Made by a program: the position numbers and the translations under genes. DNA of 64,000 nt from an uncultured Rhodobacteraceae bacterium (lineage in GTDB: Bacteria > Pseudomonadota > Alphaproteobacteria > Rhodobacterales > Rhodobacteraceae). Position 1 is the stretch's first letter; each line of letters begins with the position of its first letter. Under the pieces are notes generated by a model. It was not told the origin of the DNA. It ran no database searches and saw only the letters and a list, made by a program, of their open reading frames with translations. The DNA is taken from the NCBI GenBank assembly GCA_947501555.1, contig CANMWG010000002.1, positions 8,224 to 72,223 on the forward strand. The letters are read 5' to 3'. Below are positions 26,193 through 36,349 of this stretch, one piece after another.

Positions 26193-29048
26193 TTACACAC
26201 CCTCCTTGAGGTCTTCGCGAGAGGGGTCAATATCCATCGGGTGCATGTTTTCCGGGCTATCCGCCCGGCGCGCGAGCCGAGAGAAGCTTTCCAATGACAA
26301 CATCACAGCCCCCACGACCGCTAGGAAAACACCAACGTCGAATAGGGCGGCGGTCGCCAGTTCAAACTTTTCAAAGGGCGGAATGCGGACATAGGTGAAG
26401 TCAGACGTCAGGAACGGTTTGCCAACGAACCAAGACCCGATGCCCGTAAAGCCGGCCACCAGCACGCCCGCGCCAATCACCCCATGATAGGGGTATTTCA
26501 ACCGCGCCGACGTCCAAGAGAACCCACTGGCCATATATTGCATGACGACCCCAATCGACACGATCAGCCCGGCGATAAATCCGCCCCCCGGTTCATTGTG
26601 CCCACGCAGGAAGATGTAAAACCCAACCATCAACACCACGGGCATGATAACCCGGGTCATGACCACCATCATCATCGGATGCATATCGCCCGCTCGCGGC
26701 TGGTCAGGTTTGCGGTTCAATAGTTTCGCGCCAACGCGCCCACCCAACAGCGTTTCGGTCAGCGCGTAGATTAGCAAAGCTGCAATGCTGAGAACGATAA
26801 TCTCGCCGAATGTGTCAAACCCCCGGAAGTCGACCAGGATGACGTTGACCACATTGGTTCCCCCCCCGCCTTTGTAGGAATTGGCCAGATGGAATTCGGA
26901 TATCGACGCCGCCACCGGATCGCGCAGCATGTAGTGATAGGCCATTGCAAAGCTGGCAAGACCGCCCGCAATCGCCAAACCCACATCCCGTACCCGCCGC
27001 AGAACCGAGCTTTCAACCGGCGTCCGTTTGGGCAGGAAGTTCAGTGCAAGCAACATCAAAATGATCGTCACCACCTCAACCGTGAACTGGGTCATCGCCA
27101 GATCAGGCGCGCTGAGGAACACAAACCCGATTGAGACGATCAGCCCGACGATCCCGATCAGGATCAGTGACAGGAACCGGTTGCGGTGCAGGAACACCAT
27201 GCCAATCGTCGCCGCCACAAGCATACCCCAGCCTGCAACCAGAACGGGGTTGGCAGGTTGCAACGCATAGGCTGGCGCACCGATGGTGCCCGTCGTCCAA
27301 GAATAATACCCGGCAACTACAATCGTGATCACCCCAATGGCCGCATAGCGCGAAAACGCACCATTGTGCAGCGGTAGGATGAGCGCTTGGGCCAAGCGAG
27401 CGGCGGCCTCAACAATGGCCTCAAAGATCACTTTGGCCTCAGGGCGCGGCGTCCCTTCCCAAATCCGCAAGGCCGGTTTGAAGATCGCCAGCATTGCCAA
27501 ACCGCCCACAACAGCGATGATTGACATGTAAAGTGCGGGCACCAGCCCGTGCCAGATTTTCAGGTGGGCAGATGGCATCTCGGCTGCGGTCCCCAGAACG
27601 GAAGCCGTGACCAGTTTCACGAAGGGTTCCGCCACAAATGGCGCGATCCCTATCACCACCACGGGGATCATCAACAGCGCAGGTGGCAACCAAAGCCCTG
27701 CCCCCGGATCATGTGGTTTCGCCGGATAGTCATCCCGCACCGGTCCAAAGAACACATGCCCGATCAGCCGGAAACAATAGGCCGCAGAAAACAGTGACCC
27801 AAAGGTTGCCAGAACAGGCACCAGCCACGGGTTGTTGAATAGGACGGTGTGATTCGCCTCTTCCAACATCATTTCTTTGGACAAAAACCCGTTCAGCAAG
27901 GGAATACCCGCCATCGATAAGGCGGCGAGGCAGACGATCACAAAGGTGATCGGCATCAGCGTCCGCAACCCACCCAAGCGCCTGATGTCGCGGGTATGCG
28001 CCTCATGGTCGATGATGCCTGCGGACATGAACAAGGCTGCTTTGAACGTCGCGTGATTGAGGATGTGAAACACCGCCGCCATCGCACCAAAGGCCGTGCC
28101 CGTCCCTAAAAGCATCGTGATCAGCCCCAGATGGCTGACGGTTGAGAAGGCCAGCAACGCTTTGAGGTCATGTTTGAACAGCGCGATGACCGCGCCCAAA
28201 ACCATCGTGACCAGCCCGGCGGTCGTGACGATCACGAACCATTCGGTGGTGCCCGATAAGACCGGCCACATCCGCGCCATCAAGAATATCCCGGCCTTCA
28301 CCATGGTGGCAGAGTGCAGATAGGCCGAAACAGGCGTCGGCGCCGCCATTGCGTGGGGCAGCCAGAAATGGAACGGGAACTGCGCGGATTTCGTAAAACA
28401 CCCCAACAGGATCAGGATCAACGCAGGCAAATAAAGCGGATCGGCCTGGATCAACTCGCGGCTTTGCAGAATGACGCTGAGGTCATAACTGCCCACGATC
28501 TGGCCCAGGATCATCATGCCACCAATCATCGCAAGGCCGCCCATACCGGTCACAGTTAGGGCCATACGCGCGCCTTGGCGTCCTTCGGGCAGATGTTTCC
28601 AATAGCCGATCAGCAGGAAGGAAGAAAGCGATGTCAGCTCCCAAAAAATCAACAAAAGCAGTATGTTATCAGAGAGGACAATCCCGACCATCGCGCCTTG
28701 GAACAGCAGAAGATAGGTGAAGAACTCCCCCATATGATCCGCGCGGCTAAGGTATTGGCGCGCATAAGCAATGATCAAAAGCCCGATCCCAAGGATCAGC
28801 AATGCAAAGAAAAAGCCCAGACTATCCAGCATCAGGGTGAAATTCAGGCCTAGCGCCGGCATCCAATCAACGCGCGCTGTCACCACTTCGCCGGCCAGAA
28901 TGACCGGCAGGTTGGACAGCAGGCCAATAAAGGCGGCCAAAGTGACGGTAAACGTCACCCCTGCCGTGGCAGTGCGCCCCGCAGCATTCATCAACCCGGG
29001 CAGCAGCGCACCAAAGAAAGGCAAAGCGACGATAAAGAAGAGGGACAC
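26193..29048 (-). CDS. mrpA: Fused cation:proton antiporter subunit A/B (PhaAB-type)
   Basis: About 951 aa, with a NuoL-like N-terminal part and an MrpB-like C-terminal part. The GTG at 29048 is preferred because AGGAG lies 5 nt upstream and the N-terminus VSLFFIVALPFFGALLPGL resembles PhaA (MSLLFLILLPFIG). The track start is 29105. Confidence 0.9.
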   Translation of the reverse strand: MSLFFIVALPFFGALLPGLMNAAGRTATAGVTFTVTLAAFIGLLSNLPVILAGEVVTARVDWMPALGLNFTLMLDSLGFFFALLILGIGLLIIAYARQYLSRADHMGEFFTYLLLFQGAMVGIVLSDNILLLLIFWELTSLSSFLLIGYWKHLPEGRQGARMALTVTGMGGLAMIGGMMILGQIVGSYDLSVILQSRELIQADPLYLPALILILLGCFTKSAQFPFHFWLPHAMAAPTPVSAYLHSATMVKAGIFLMARMWPVLSGTTEWFVIVTTAGLVTMVLGAVIALFKHDLKALLAFSTVSHLGLITMLLGTGTAFGAMAAVFHILNHATFKAALFMSAGIIDHEAHTRDIRRLGGLRTLMPITFVIVCLAALSMAGIPLLNGFLSKEMMLEEANHTVLFNNPWLVPVLATFGSLFSAAYCFRLIGHVFFGPVRDDYPAKPHDPGAGLWLPPALLMIPVVVIGIAPFVAEPFVKLVTASVLGTAAEMPSAHLKIWHGLVPALYMSIIAVVGGLAMLAIFKPALRIWEGTPRPEAKVIFEAIVEAAARLAQALILPLHNGAFSRYAAIGVITIVVAGYYSWTTGTIGAPAYALQPANPVLVAGWGMLVAATIGMVFLHRNRFLSLILIGIVGLIVSIGFVFLSAPDLAMTQFTVEVVTIILMLLALNFLPKRTPVESSVLRRVRDVGLAIAGGLASFAMAYHYMLRDPVAASISEFHLANSYKGGGGTNVVNVILVDFRGFDTFGEIIVLSIAALLIYALTETLLGGRVGAKLLNRKPDQPRAGDMHPMMMVVMTRVIMPVVLMVGFYIFLRGHNEPGGGFIAGLIVSIGVVMQYMASGFSWTSARLKYPYHGVIGAGVLVAGFTGIGSWFVGKPFLTSDFTYVRIPPFEKFELATAALFDVGVFLAVVGAVMLSLESFSRLARRADSPENMHPMDIDPSREDLKEGV

Positions 29049-29395
29049 GAAAACTCCTATGCGGCTAGTACCGTCAATCTGTCCAGAAGTAGCGGGAAGT
29101 TGCAAAAAGTGGAATGGCTATTTTGCAGATCCTCCCGCGGCACTTTCAGATGTTGATTGGGTATGGCAAGCGTACCCCGGATGATATGGATGCAACGCGC
29201 TGAAAATCGAGATGCTTGCGTCGAAAATTTTCAAGAACCAACGCTCTGCATCGTCAGCTCATCCCGCAATTGACAAAATCGGCACAAATACCCCGGCAGT
29301 CGTCAGAGAGCCGGGATAGAGCGTTTCCATTTATTGCTGAACCACAATGCGCCGCCTATCAGGGCGCAGCCACCCCCATTTTGGACTTGCTGTAC

Positions 29396-30340
29396 CTACA
29401 TCCGGCTGCGCCACAGATCACCGGCTTGCTGCCCTTTGCTGACGGCTCTTGATTGCGGGACATAGGGTTGCGGCGCCGCTGTTGTTTGCGTTCCCGGCGC
29501 ATAGGCTGACCGCCGAAGATAAGCATAGGTCGCGCCTGCCGCTTGGATACTTTGCATCCATGTCAATGCGAAGACGGACAGGATGTAAAAATATACGGCA
29601 TCCCAATTCAGCGCCCCTGTCCGTCGATCAAAGAGCGGGTTTTGTGCATTGGCCAGCATCGTGTCCAGTGGGTCACCTTGACCGAACGCCTCCGCTACGG
29701 TGCTCAGCCCCCAGTAGAGAGCCATCAGCGAACCTGCAGATGCCAGTACAACAAGCAAGAGGGGCACAAAGCTGGTTCCTGCCCCGTTAAAAGGTGTATG
29801 ACGGCTTCCTGCCGGATCAACCCCGACAGCCGCCCCGCCCAACGCGCCAAGCATCACCGCACGTGCAATTGCCACCGGCCCAAAGATACTGGCGAAAGCA
29901 AGCGCGGGCGTCTGCCAGTCTTCCCCATCATAGGCGACTTGTTCAAGACTGGCGAAAGGGTCGGCCCAGTTCAAGTCAAGGCTCCCAGCAATCCAAACAA
30001 AACCAACAACGGCCCAGAGCAAGCTAATCAAAATGCACTCCACAACGCCATACATCAAGACGCTGCCCACCAGACCAGAGCCCCGATCGTCCCTGGGCCG
30101 CCCTTTGATCTGCAGCCCAAGCCGCGCGCCGATAATCACAGCGATCAGTGAAAAGGATGTCAGGCCCAATGGCATCGTAATCGCCAATCCGATCACCGGA
30201 TTAACGACCATTGCGATCATCATAATCACCCCGAAGATCAAGCCCAACAGCAAGCTGTAGAGAAAAGTGACGGGAAACATCAACAAAAGTGGAAACACGA
30301 TACCAAGAGACAGAAAAAGCGACCGTATCAATAAAAGCAA
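29396..30340 (-). CDS. Uncharacterised polytopic membrane protein, paralogue B of 21520..22446
   Basis: 314 aa. TTG start with a GAGAGGTG ribosome-binding site. Motifs IGARLGLQIKG, DPAGSRHTPFNGAGTSFVPLL, and C-terminal LWRSRM. Immediately upstream of the mrp operon on the same strand. Confidence 0.7.
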   Translation of the reverse strand: MLLLIRSLFLSLGIVFPLLLMFPVTFLYSLLLGLIFGVIMMIAMVVNPVIGLAITMPLGLTSFSLIAVIIGARLGLQIKGRPRDDRGSGLVGSVLMYGVVECILISLLWAVVGFVWIAGSLDLNWADPFASLEQVAYDGEDWQTPALAFASIFGPVAIARAVMLGALGGAAVGVDPAGSRHTPFNGAGTSFVPLLLVVLASAGSLMALYWGLSTVAEAFGQGDPLDTMLANAQNPLFDRRTGALNWDAVYFYILSVFALTWMQSIQAAGATYAYLRRSAYAPGTQTTAAPQPYVPQSRAVSKGQQAGDLWRSRM

Positions 30341-30868
30341 GACGCACCTCTCTTATAAAAATCCAATGCATTGATCACGAAAACGTGAAATCAAAAGGTT
30401 TGCGGTTGGCACCTAAATAGGGCTGCCGTTTTTACAATACCGCGCCGGAATAAAAATTAATCATGCGTTAACCTTAAGCGGTTTTCGGCAAAAAATTGCT
30501 TGTTTTTATGCTTTTGACCTTGTTGACGATGCGTTGGCGCGAGACAAAATTTGCCAAATTTGCCGTCTTGACCCAGATCACTGCGGCTGCGGAGGATGTC
30601 CAGATGACCCGGTTCAACCGTTGGCAGGCCCCGGCTTCTTGGTTTCCAATAGCATTATTTGGCACTGAGCGGTGGGCGCATGGTAACGGACAAAGACTGG
30701 CGCAGTTGGCTTCGCTCAATCACCATCGGGCCCAACTTTATTCTGCGCCAGAACACGCCACAAAAAATTCGCGGCCAAAGGTCTAGAACCGATGATAATC
30801 GGCGCAGCCGAACGCCTCAAGCGGCTACGCGATGACGGTGAGTTTTGGGTGGGCTCTGCCCCTTGTTG

Positions 30869-32443
30869 TCAGTACCCCACAGCACAGCCGTCTTTGCGCG
30901 GGTCGCTGCCCCCTTCGAGCACCCCGTTGTCGTGCAACAGGATCGCTTGTGATCCGCCGATTGCCGTCTCAGGTGTTTGCACGTTGTGGCCAAGGTCGCG
31001 CAGCTCTGCCCGCACGCTGTCGCTATAGCCTGTCTCGACGTTTAGGACGTCTCCGTCTGCGAAGCACCGCGGTGCGTCCATGGCCGCCTGTGGGCTGAGC
31101 CCGAAATCGCTGATGTTCGTCACGAAGCGCGCATGCCCTGTGGATTGGTATTGCCCGCCCATGACGCCGAAAGGCATCAGCACTTTGCCTTCCTTTTTCA
31201 GCATTGCTGGGATGATGGTGTGCATGGGGCGTTTGCCGGGGCCGACCTCATTTGGGTGGCCCTGTTCCAGCGTAAACCCGGCACCCCGGTTCTGGAACAG
31301 CACGCCGAATTTGTCAGACGCGATCCCGGACCCGAAGGAATGGAAGACCGAATAGATCAGCGAGACGCACATCCGGTCCTTGTCGACCACGGTGATGTAG
31401 ATGGTGTCTTTATGTACGGCCTCAGCGCCCGGAACATGGCCGGGCATGGCTTTGGCGGGGTCAATCAGGGCAGCCAGTTTGGCGGCCGTGTCGGGTGAGG
31501 TCATGTAGTCCAGCCGCGTCATGTGATCGGGGTCAGACAGGAAACGGTTGCGGGTGTCATAGGCCAATTTTGTCGCTTCGGCCTCGATATGCGCGCGCTC
31601 GCTCCCCCATGGGTCCATGCCCGCAATGTCGAAATGTTTGAGCATGTTCAGCAAAAGGATTGCCGTGGCCCCTTGTCCGTTGGGTGGATGCTCAAACAGA
31701 TCCAACCCGCCGTAGTCGCCCGTGATCGGCGTGGTGTAGTCGCAGTGCGTGTTGGCAAAATCGTCCAGTGTGTGACAGCCCCCCTGCGCGCGCAGGCTGT
31801 TCACCATGTCTTCGGCGACTTCCCCTTCGTAGAAACCCGCCCTGCCTTCCATTCCGATTTCGCGTAGCACTTTGGCCTGCCCCGGGGCCCGAAAGATTTG
31901 CCCCGGTGTCGGCGCTGCCCCGTTCATCAAGAACAGATCGCGGGCGTGCCCCGAGAGGTTACCTGTGGCTTGCCCCCAGTCAGAGGCCACGCGTTCGGCC
32001 ACCGGCACCCCAGCCTCGGCATAGTGGATCGCGGGGGCGAGCACGGATTTCAGCCCGATTTTTCCCCAGTCTTTGGAGAGCGTGCAAAAGGCGTCGACGG
32101 CACTAGGGATGCTGACTGCATCCGCCGAATAGGGCGCGATCACGTCGCCTTTCGCCCGCAACGCATCTGCATCGATCGCGGCAGGGGCCCGGCCTGAGCC
32201 ATTCAGCGCCATGACCTCATCCGATCCGGGTGGCGTGAACAGAACAAAGCAATCCCCGCCAATCCCGGTCATTTGCGGTTCGCACAACCCCAGCAGCACG
32301 GCACCTGCGATGGCCGCATCCATGGCGTTTCCACCGGCCTCAAGCATTTGCACGGCAGTTTTGGCCGCAAGCGGGTGTGAGGTCGCGCACATGCCGTTGG
32401 TCGCATAGACCGCAGAGCGACCGGGTTTGTGGAAATCACGCAT
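30869..32443 (-). CDS. ggt: Gamma-glutamyltransferase family protein
   Basis: 524 aa. MTGIGGDCF, TIYITVVDKDRMCVSLIYS (autoprocessing Thr region) and GVMGGQYQ motifs. Confidence 0.9.
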   Translation of the reverse strand: MRDFHKPGRSAVYATNGMCATSHPLAAKTAVQMLEAGGNAMDAAIAGAVLLGLCEPQMTGIGGDCFVLFTPPGSDEVMALNGSGRAPAAIDADALRAKGDVIAPYSADAVSIPSAVDAFCTLSKDWGKIGLKSVLAPAIHYAEAGVPVAERVASDWGQATGNLSGHARDLFLMNGAAPTPGQIFRAPGQAKVLREIGMEGRAGFYEGEVAEDMVNSLRAQGGCHTLDDFANTHCDYTTPITGDYGGLDLFEHPPNGQGATAILLLNMLKHFDIAGMDPWGSERAHIEAEATKLAYDTRNRFLSDPDHMTRLDYMTSPDTAAKLAALIDPAKAMPGHVPGAEAVHKDTIYITVVDKDRMCVSLIYSVFHSFGSGIASDKFGVLFQNRGAGFTLEQGHPNEVGPGKRPMHTIIPAMLKKEGKVLMPFGVMGGQYQSTGHARFVTNISDFGLSPQAAMDAPRCFADGDVLNVETGYSDSVRAELRDLGHNVQTPETAIGGSQAILLHDNGVLEGGSDPRKDGCAVGY

Positions 32444-32573
32444 GAGATGGGACCTTTCTTGATGATCGGTTGAAACCTAGGCCGTTCGCTGGGCAACGCA
32501 ATGCAAATCTGTGCTATTGTGTTTGTGGCTAACCGGCTTAGCCTGCGACAGAACCACGAGGAGGAACACACCG

Positions 32574-33722
32574 ATGGCAGAGGTCTTTATCAAGGGCGCG
32601 GCCCGTACCCCGATGGGTGGGTTTCAGGGCGTGTTTGCCGATGTCGATGCGCCGACCTTGGGGGGTGCCGCGATCAAAGCCGCGATGGAGAATGCAGGTA
32701 TTTCTGCTGTGGATGAGGTATTGATGGGCTGTGTGTTGCCCGCGGGCCAAGGTCAGGCACCCGCCCGTCAGGCGAGCTTTCTGGCGGGCTTGGGTGAGGA
32801 TGTTCCAGCCACAACCCTGAATAAAATGTGCGGATCAGGGATGAAGGCCGCGATGATGGGGTTTGATCAGATCGCTTTGGGTGACGCGAAAGTGATGGTC
32901 GCAGGCGGGATGGAGAGCATGACAAACGCCCCCTATCTGATGCCCAAACTGCGCGGTGGTGCCCGGATCGGGCATCAGAGCGTGCAGGATTCGATGTTTT
33001 TGGACGGACTTGAAGATGCCTATGATAAAGGCCGGCTCATGGGCACCTTCGCCGAAGACTGTGCCGAGAGGTTCCAGTTCACCCGCGAGGCGCAGGATCA
33101 ATACGCCATTGGTTCGCTCGATAACGCGCTGGCGGCGGAAAGGTCGGGCGCCTTTGACGCCGAGATTGCACCCGTGACCGTGCATGCGCGCACCGGCGAA
33201 GAGGTGATTACCTGCGACGAACAGCCCGGCAAAGCCCGGCCCGAGAAGATACCCACATTGCGCCCCGCCTTTCGCAAAGACGGCACTGTCACAGCCGCGA
33301 ATGCGTCGAGTATTTCAGATGGGGCGGCGGCGTTGATCTTATCCTCGGACGGTGGCCGGGCCCGGATATTGGGCCATGCCAGCCATGCACAGGCCCCGGG
33401 TTGGTTCACCACCGCCCCTGTTCCCGCCGCACAAAAGTTGCTGGCCAAAATCGGCTGGTCAGTTGAGGACGTCGATCTGTGGGAAGTGAACGAAGCCTTC
33501 GCCGTGGTCCCCATGGCCTTTATGCACGAAATGGGCATTCCCCGCGACATCGTGAATGTAAATGGGGGCGCCTGTGCACTGGGTCATCCGATTGGGGCAT
33601 CAGGGGCCCGGATTATGGTCACTTTGCTGCATGCCTTAGAGGCGCGTGGGTTGAAACGCGGCGTCGCTGCGATTTGTATCGGCGGCGGTGAAGGGACGGC
33701 AATTGCGATTGAGCGGGTTTAG
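32574..33722 (+). CDS. Acetyl-CoA C-acetyltransferase (thiolase II)
   Basis: 382 aa from MAEVFIKGAARTPMGGFQG. Active-site LNKMCGSGMKA, NVNGGACALGHPIGASGARI and CIGGGEGTA. Confidence 0.93.
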   Translation: MAEVFIKGAARTPMGGFQGVFADVDAPTLGGAAIKAAMENAGISAVDEVLMGCVLPAGQGQAPARQASFLAGLGEDVPATTLNKMCGSGMKAAMMGFDQIALGDAKVMVAGGMESMTNAPYLMPKLRGGARIGHQSVQDSMFLDGLEDAYDKGRLMGTFAEDCAERFQFTREAQDQYAIGSLDNALAAERSGAFDAEIAPVTVHARTGEEVITCDEQPGKARPEKIPTLRPAFRKDGTVTAANASSISDGAAALILSSDGGRARILGHASHAQAPGWFTTAPVPAAQKLLAKIGWSVEDVDLWEVNEAFAVVPMAFMHEMGIPRDIVNVNGGACALGHPIGASGARIMVTLLHALEARGLKRGVAAICIGGGEGTAIAIERV

Positions 33723-33801
33723 CGTTGCGCGGTTTATGTTAAAGTAGCGAGAAAGGCGCGCGTCGTCGACGTCTGCCCCTGCAACATAGGATTTTCTGCG
33801 C

Positions 33802-34977
33802 ATGAAGTCTTTGATTTGGACGTGCATTCGTCGGGCCTGTGTCTTGGCCACCATTTTGGGCTTTCCGGTTACGGCACTGGCCTTGCCAACGTGCCCCTCA
33901 GTTCTTGAGCAGCAAGACTATGATGGCCTTTTGGGCCCTGTTGACCTTGAAACGCCCGAGGCTGATTGCACCATCAATTGGGTGCAGAATGGCCGAATGC
34001 TCAGCATCGATTGGACACTGTCGGAAGAGTATCACATCGTACAAATCGATAAGCGCCCTGACGGCACCCAGGTTTTGGCAGCACCCCGCCAGCCACATCT
34101 GATTGATATCGACGAAGATGGCTGGCTGGATGTCGCGGTGTTTTCGCTGCTGGGCATGGTCAATGGCGACTATAACGTCTTTCGTTATGATCCCGAGACC
34201 GACGATTTTGTCCTATTTGGCATCATGAATGGCGCAGGCTTCGCCCGCGAACCCGGTGGATACCTGACGTCAGTTGGGCGCAGTTCTGCCGCCGCGAGCG
34301 GGGTTGAGATTTATGCGGTTGAGACCGATGGCCTTGCTCCACGTGCGTCGCTTTATGTTGATGCCGGCTTGCAGACCGGTCCGGGTGGCGCGCCTGAATG
34401 TCGTGTGGTGGTTGGTGATCGCACTATCGTGAACCCCAATCCGGCGGAATTGGCACAGCTTTTTCCGGATGCACCCGATTTGATAGCGCGTTACTGCGCG
34501 CTTTATTCGGGGCCAGGTGGAACCGGGCCAAATGGGACCAATCTGTTCGATCTGCGGGCCGAGCCGGTTATCGTCCCTGATGACACGGTATTTTATTGCC
34601 AACTGCAGGGGACGGCGAAGGCTGTGACAGTAACGCTTGATGACACAGGATATCGGTACGCCTTTGGCCCGATTGACGGACCACCCGAGCTGACCCTTGA
34701 TCGCCCGACCAACCAAGTCCGCGTCTTACCGGACAATGGCGCGGGCCCCAGCCGTTTTGGTGAGATTTCATTCCAAAATGGTGACTATGAATACGTCGTG
34801 AGTTACGGATACGAGCAGGGGAACTTTACCGATTCTGGCTTCGAGAGCCTGAGGGAAGAGACGTTCCAACGTACGCTGATCGTTTTCAAAAGCGGCGATC
34901 ATACCAATCCCGTTTACAACAAAGTATGTGACCCTGACCGCGCTGCTGACAGCATTTTCTTTTTGGACCGGTCCTAG
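33802..34977 (+). CDS. Hypothetical secreted protein (391 aa) with one DxDxDGxxD motif
   Basis: Signal-like ACVLATILGFPVTALALP. DIDEDGWLD is a calcium-binding/FG-GAP-like motif. No other recognisable domain. Confidence 0.6.
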   Translation: MKSLIWTCIRRACVLATILGFPVTALALPTCPSVLEQQDYDGLLGPVDLETPEADCTINWVQNGRMLSIDWTLSEEYHIVQIDKRPDGTQVLAAPRQPHLIDIDEDGWLDVAVFSLLGMVNGDYNVFRYDPETDDFVLFGIMNGAGFAREPGGYLTSVGRSSAAASGVEIYAVETDGLAPRASLYVDAGLQTGPGGAPECRVVVGDRTIVNPNPAELAQLFPDAPDLIARYCALYSGPGGTGPNGTNLFDLRAEPVIVPDDTVFYCQLQGTAKAVTVTLDDTGYRYAFGPIDGPPELTLDRPTNQVRVLPDNGAGPSRFGEISFQNGDYEYVVSYGYEQGNFTDSGFESLREETFQRTLIVFKSGDHTNPVYNKVCDPDRAADSIFFLDRS

Positions 34978-34990
34978 GATCAGGACCGGT
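34967..34990 (+). terminator. Putative hairpin terminator (8-bp stem ACCGGTCC/GGACCGGT) spanning the stop codon
   Basis: Perfect 8-bp stem with an 8-nt loop, followed only by TT. The T-tract is weak. Confidence 0.3.
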
Positions 34991-35019
34991 TTCGCCGCAT
35001 AGTACGAAGGAGCATTGCG

Positions 35020-35472
35020 ATGCGGGTTGATTACGACATTTTGGCACAAACCATCGCGGCGCTGACAGAGGGCGAGACTGATCAAGTTGCTCTCATGGCC
35101 ACCATCGCCTGCGAAGTGCACCACAGTGATGATCGCTTTGACTGGACCGGGTTTTACCGTGTTGTCCGCCCCGAACTGATGAAAATCGGTCCATACCAAG
35201 GGGGCCACGGCTGTCTGGTGATCCCTTTTGCCCGCGGTGTCTGCGGTGCGGCGGCCCGCACAGGCGAGGTGCAGCTGGTGCCGGATGTCGACGCCTTTCC
35301 CGGCCATATCGCCTGTGCCAGCAGCACACGGTCCGAACTGGTGCTGCCGGTATTTAATGCAGCCGATGATGTGATCGGTGTCTTTGACATCGACAGCAAC
35401 CAGCCCGACGCGTTCACCCAAACAGATGCCAACGCATTATCGGCGATTTTGCGCGCGGTTTTCCGGCAATAG
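35020..35472 (+). CDS. msrC: GAF domain protein, free methionine-(R)-sulfoxide reductase (MsrC/YebR-like)
   Basis: 150 aa. WTGFYRV...GPYQGGHGCLVIPFARGVCGAAA...HIACASSTRSELVLPV is collinear with the remembered YebR family. Confidence 0.8.
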   Translation: MRVDYDILAQTIAALTEGETDQVALMATIACEVHHSDDRFDWTGFYRVVRPELMKIGPYQGGHGCLVIPFARGVCGAAARTGEVQLVPDVDAFPGHIACASSTRSELVLPVFNAADDVIGVFDIDSNQPDAFTQTDANALSAILRAVFRQ

Positions 35473-35576
35473 TTCAAAACGTTCGCTTTTGGACGCGGAA
35501 AACCAAAGAAATGATTTGCGATCCGCTTTTCTTGCGGGCATGGTGAAAATTAATAAGTTTTTTTCATAGACACTAT

Positions 35577-36143
35577 ATGCTGGACGCGGTCATGAACGGG
35601 CGAACATTAGGGGCAGATATTCGCGCTTTGCGCAAAGCACGTGGTTGGAAATTGATCGATCTTGCCGCAGCCATGGACAGATCAGTTGGCTGGCTCAGCC
35701 AGGTTGAACGCGACATTTCCACGCCTGCCATTGCCGACTTGGGCCGCATGGCAGCGTTGTTGGATGTCAAAGTCTCAAGCCTTTTGCAATCCGGCACCTC
35801 CCCCGACGAGGAAGGTATCATCGTTCGTGGCGATGCCCGTCGCCCAATAGGCAACCGCACCCCTGGCCTTCTGGAAGAGCTGCTGTCACCCGATCTGACG
35901 GATGATTTTGAAGTTATCCACAGTCACTTCACACCGGGTAGCCAGATTACCACCCCTTTGACGCGCCCCACGCAGGAAGTCGGCTACATCATCAAAGGTC
36001 GTTTTCAGCTGACCGTGGCAGAAAAGAAGTTCAAGCTATCTGCTGGCGACAGCTTCCGCCTGCGCGGCGAGCCGTTCTCGTGGTCTAATCCCTATACGAA
36101 ACCTTGCGAGATCATTTGGGTGATCTCACCACCGGTTTATTAG
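35577..36143 (+). CDS. XRE-family HTH plus cupin-domain transcriptional regulator
   Basis: N-terminal HTH_3 (LGADIRALRKARGWKLIDLAAAMDRSVGWLSQVERD) and a C-terminal cupin (GDSFRLRGEPFSWSN). Confidence 0.85.
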   Translation: MLDAVMNGRTLGADIRALRKARGWKLIDLAAAMDRSVGWLSQVERDISTPAIADLGRMAALLDVKVSSLLQSGTSPDEEGIIVRGDARRPIGNRTPGLLEELLSPDLTDDFEVIHSHFTPGSQITTPLTRPTQEVGYIIKGRFQLTVAEKKFKLSAGDSFRLRGEPFSWSNPYTKPCEIIWVISPPVY

Positions 36144-36349
36144 GGCGCTGTGGAATGCTGACAGGACGCCGCGACCGTGGTTCAGTCGATTTTCGCGTCT
36201 CATCCGCGCACGATACTGTCACTTCCTGTGAGTGTAGCAAGTTTGATGCCTATTATTGGGCCACCTTCCGCCCCAACACATCCTCACAACCGACTATTCC
36301 AACACCGATGATGCCCCCCGCACATCCCTGACTGTAGAAAGCAAACCTG

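Noticed and set aside
30474-30786. 81-aa (minus) and 96-aa (plus) ORFs in the long intergenic region upstream of paralogue B.
   Set aside because: They have no ribosome-binding site and non-protein-like composition, and they overlap each other. The region is treated as non-coding (see findings).
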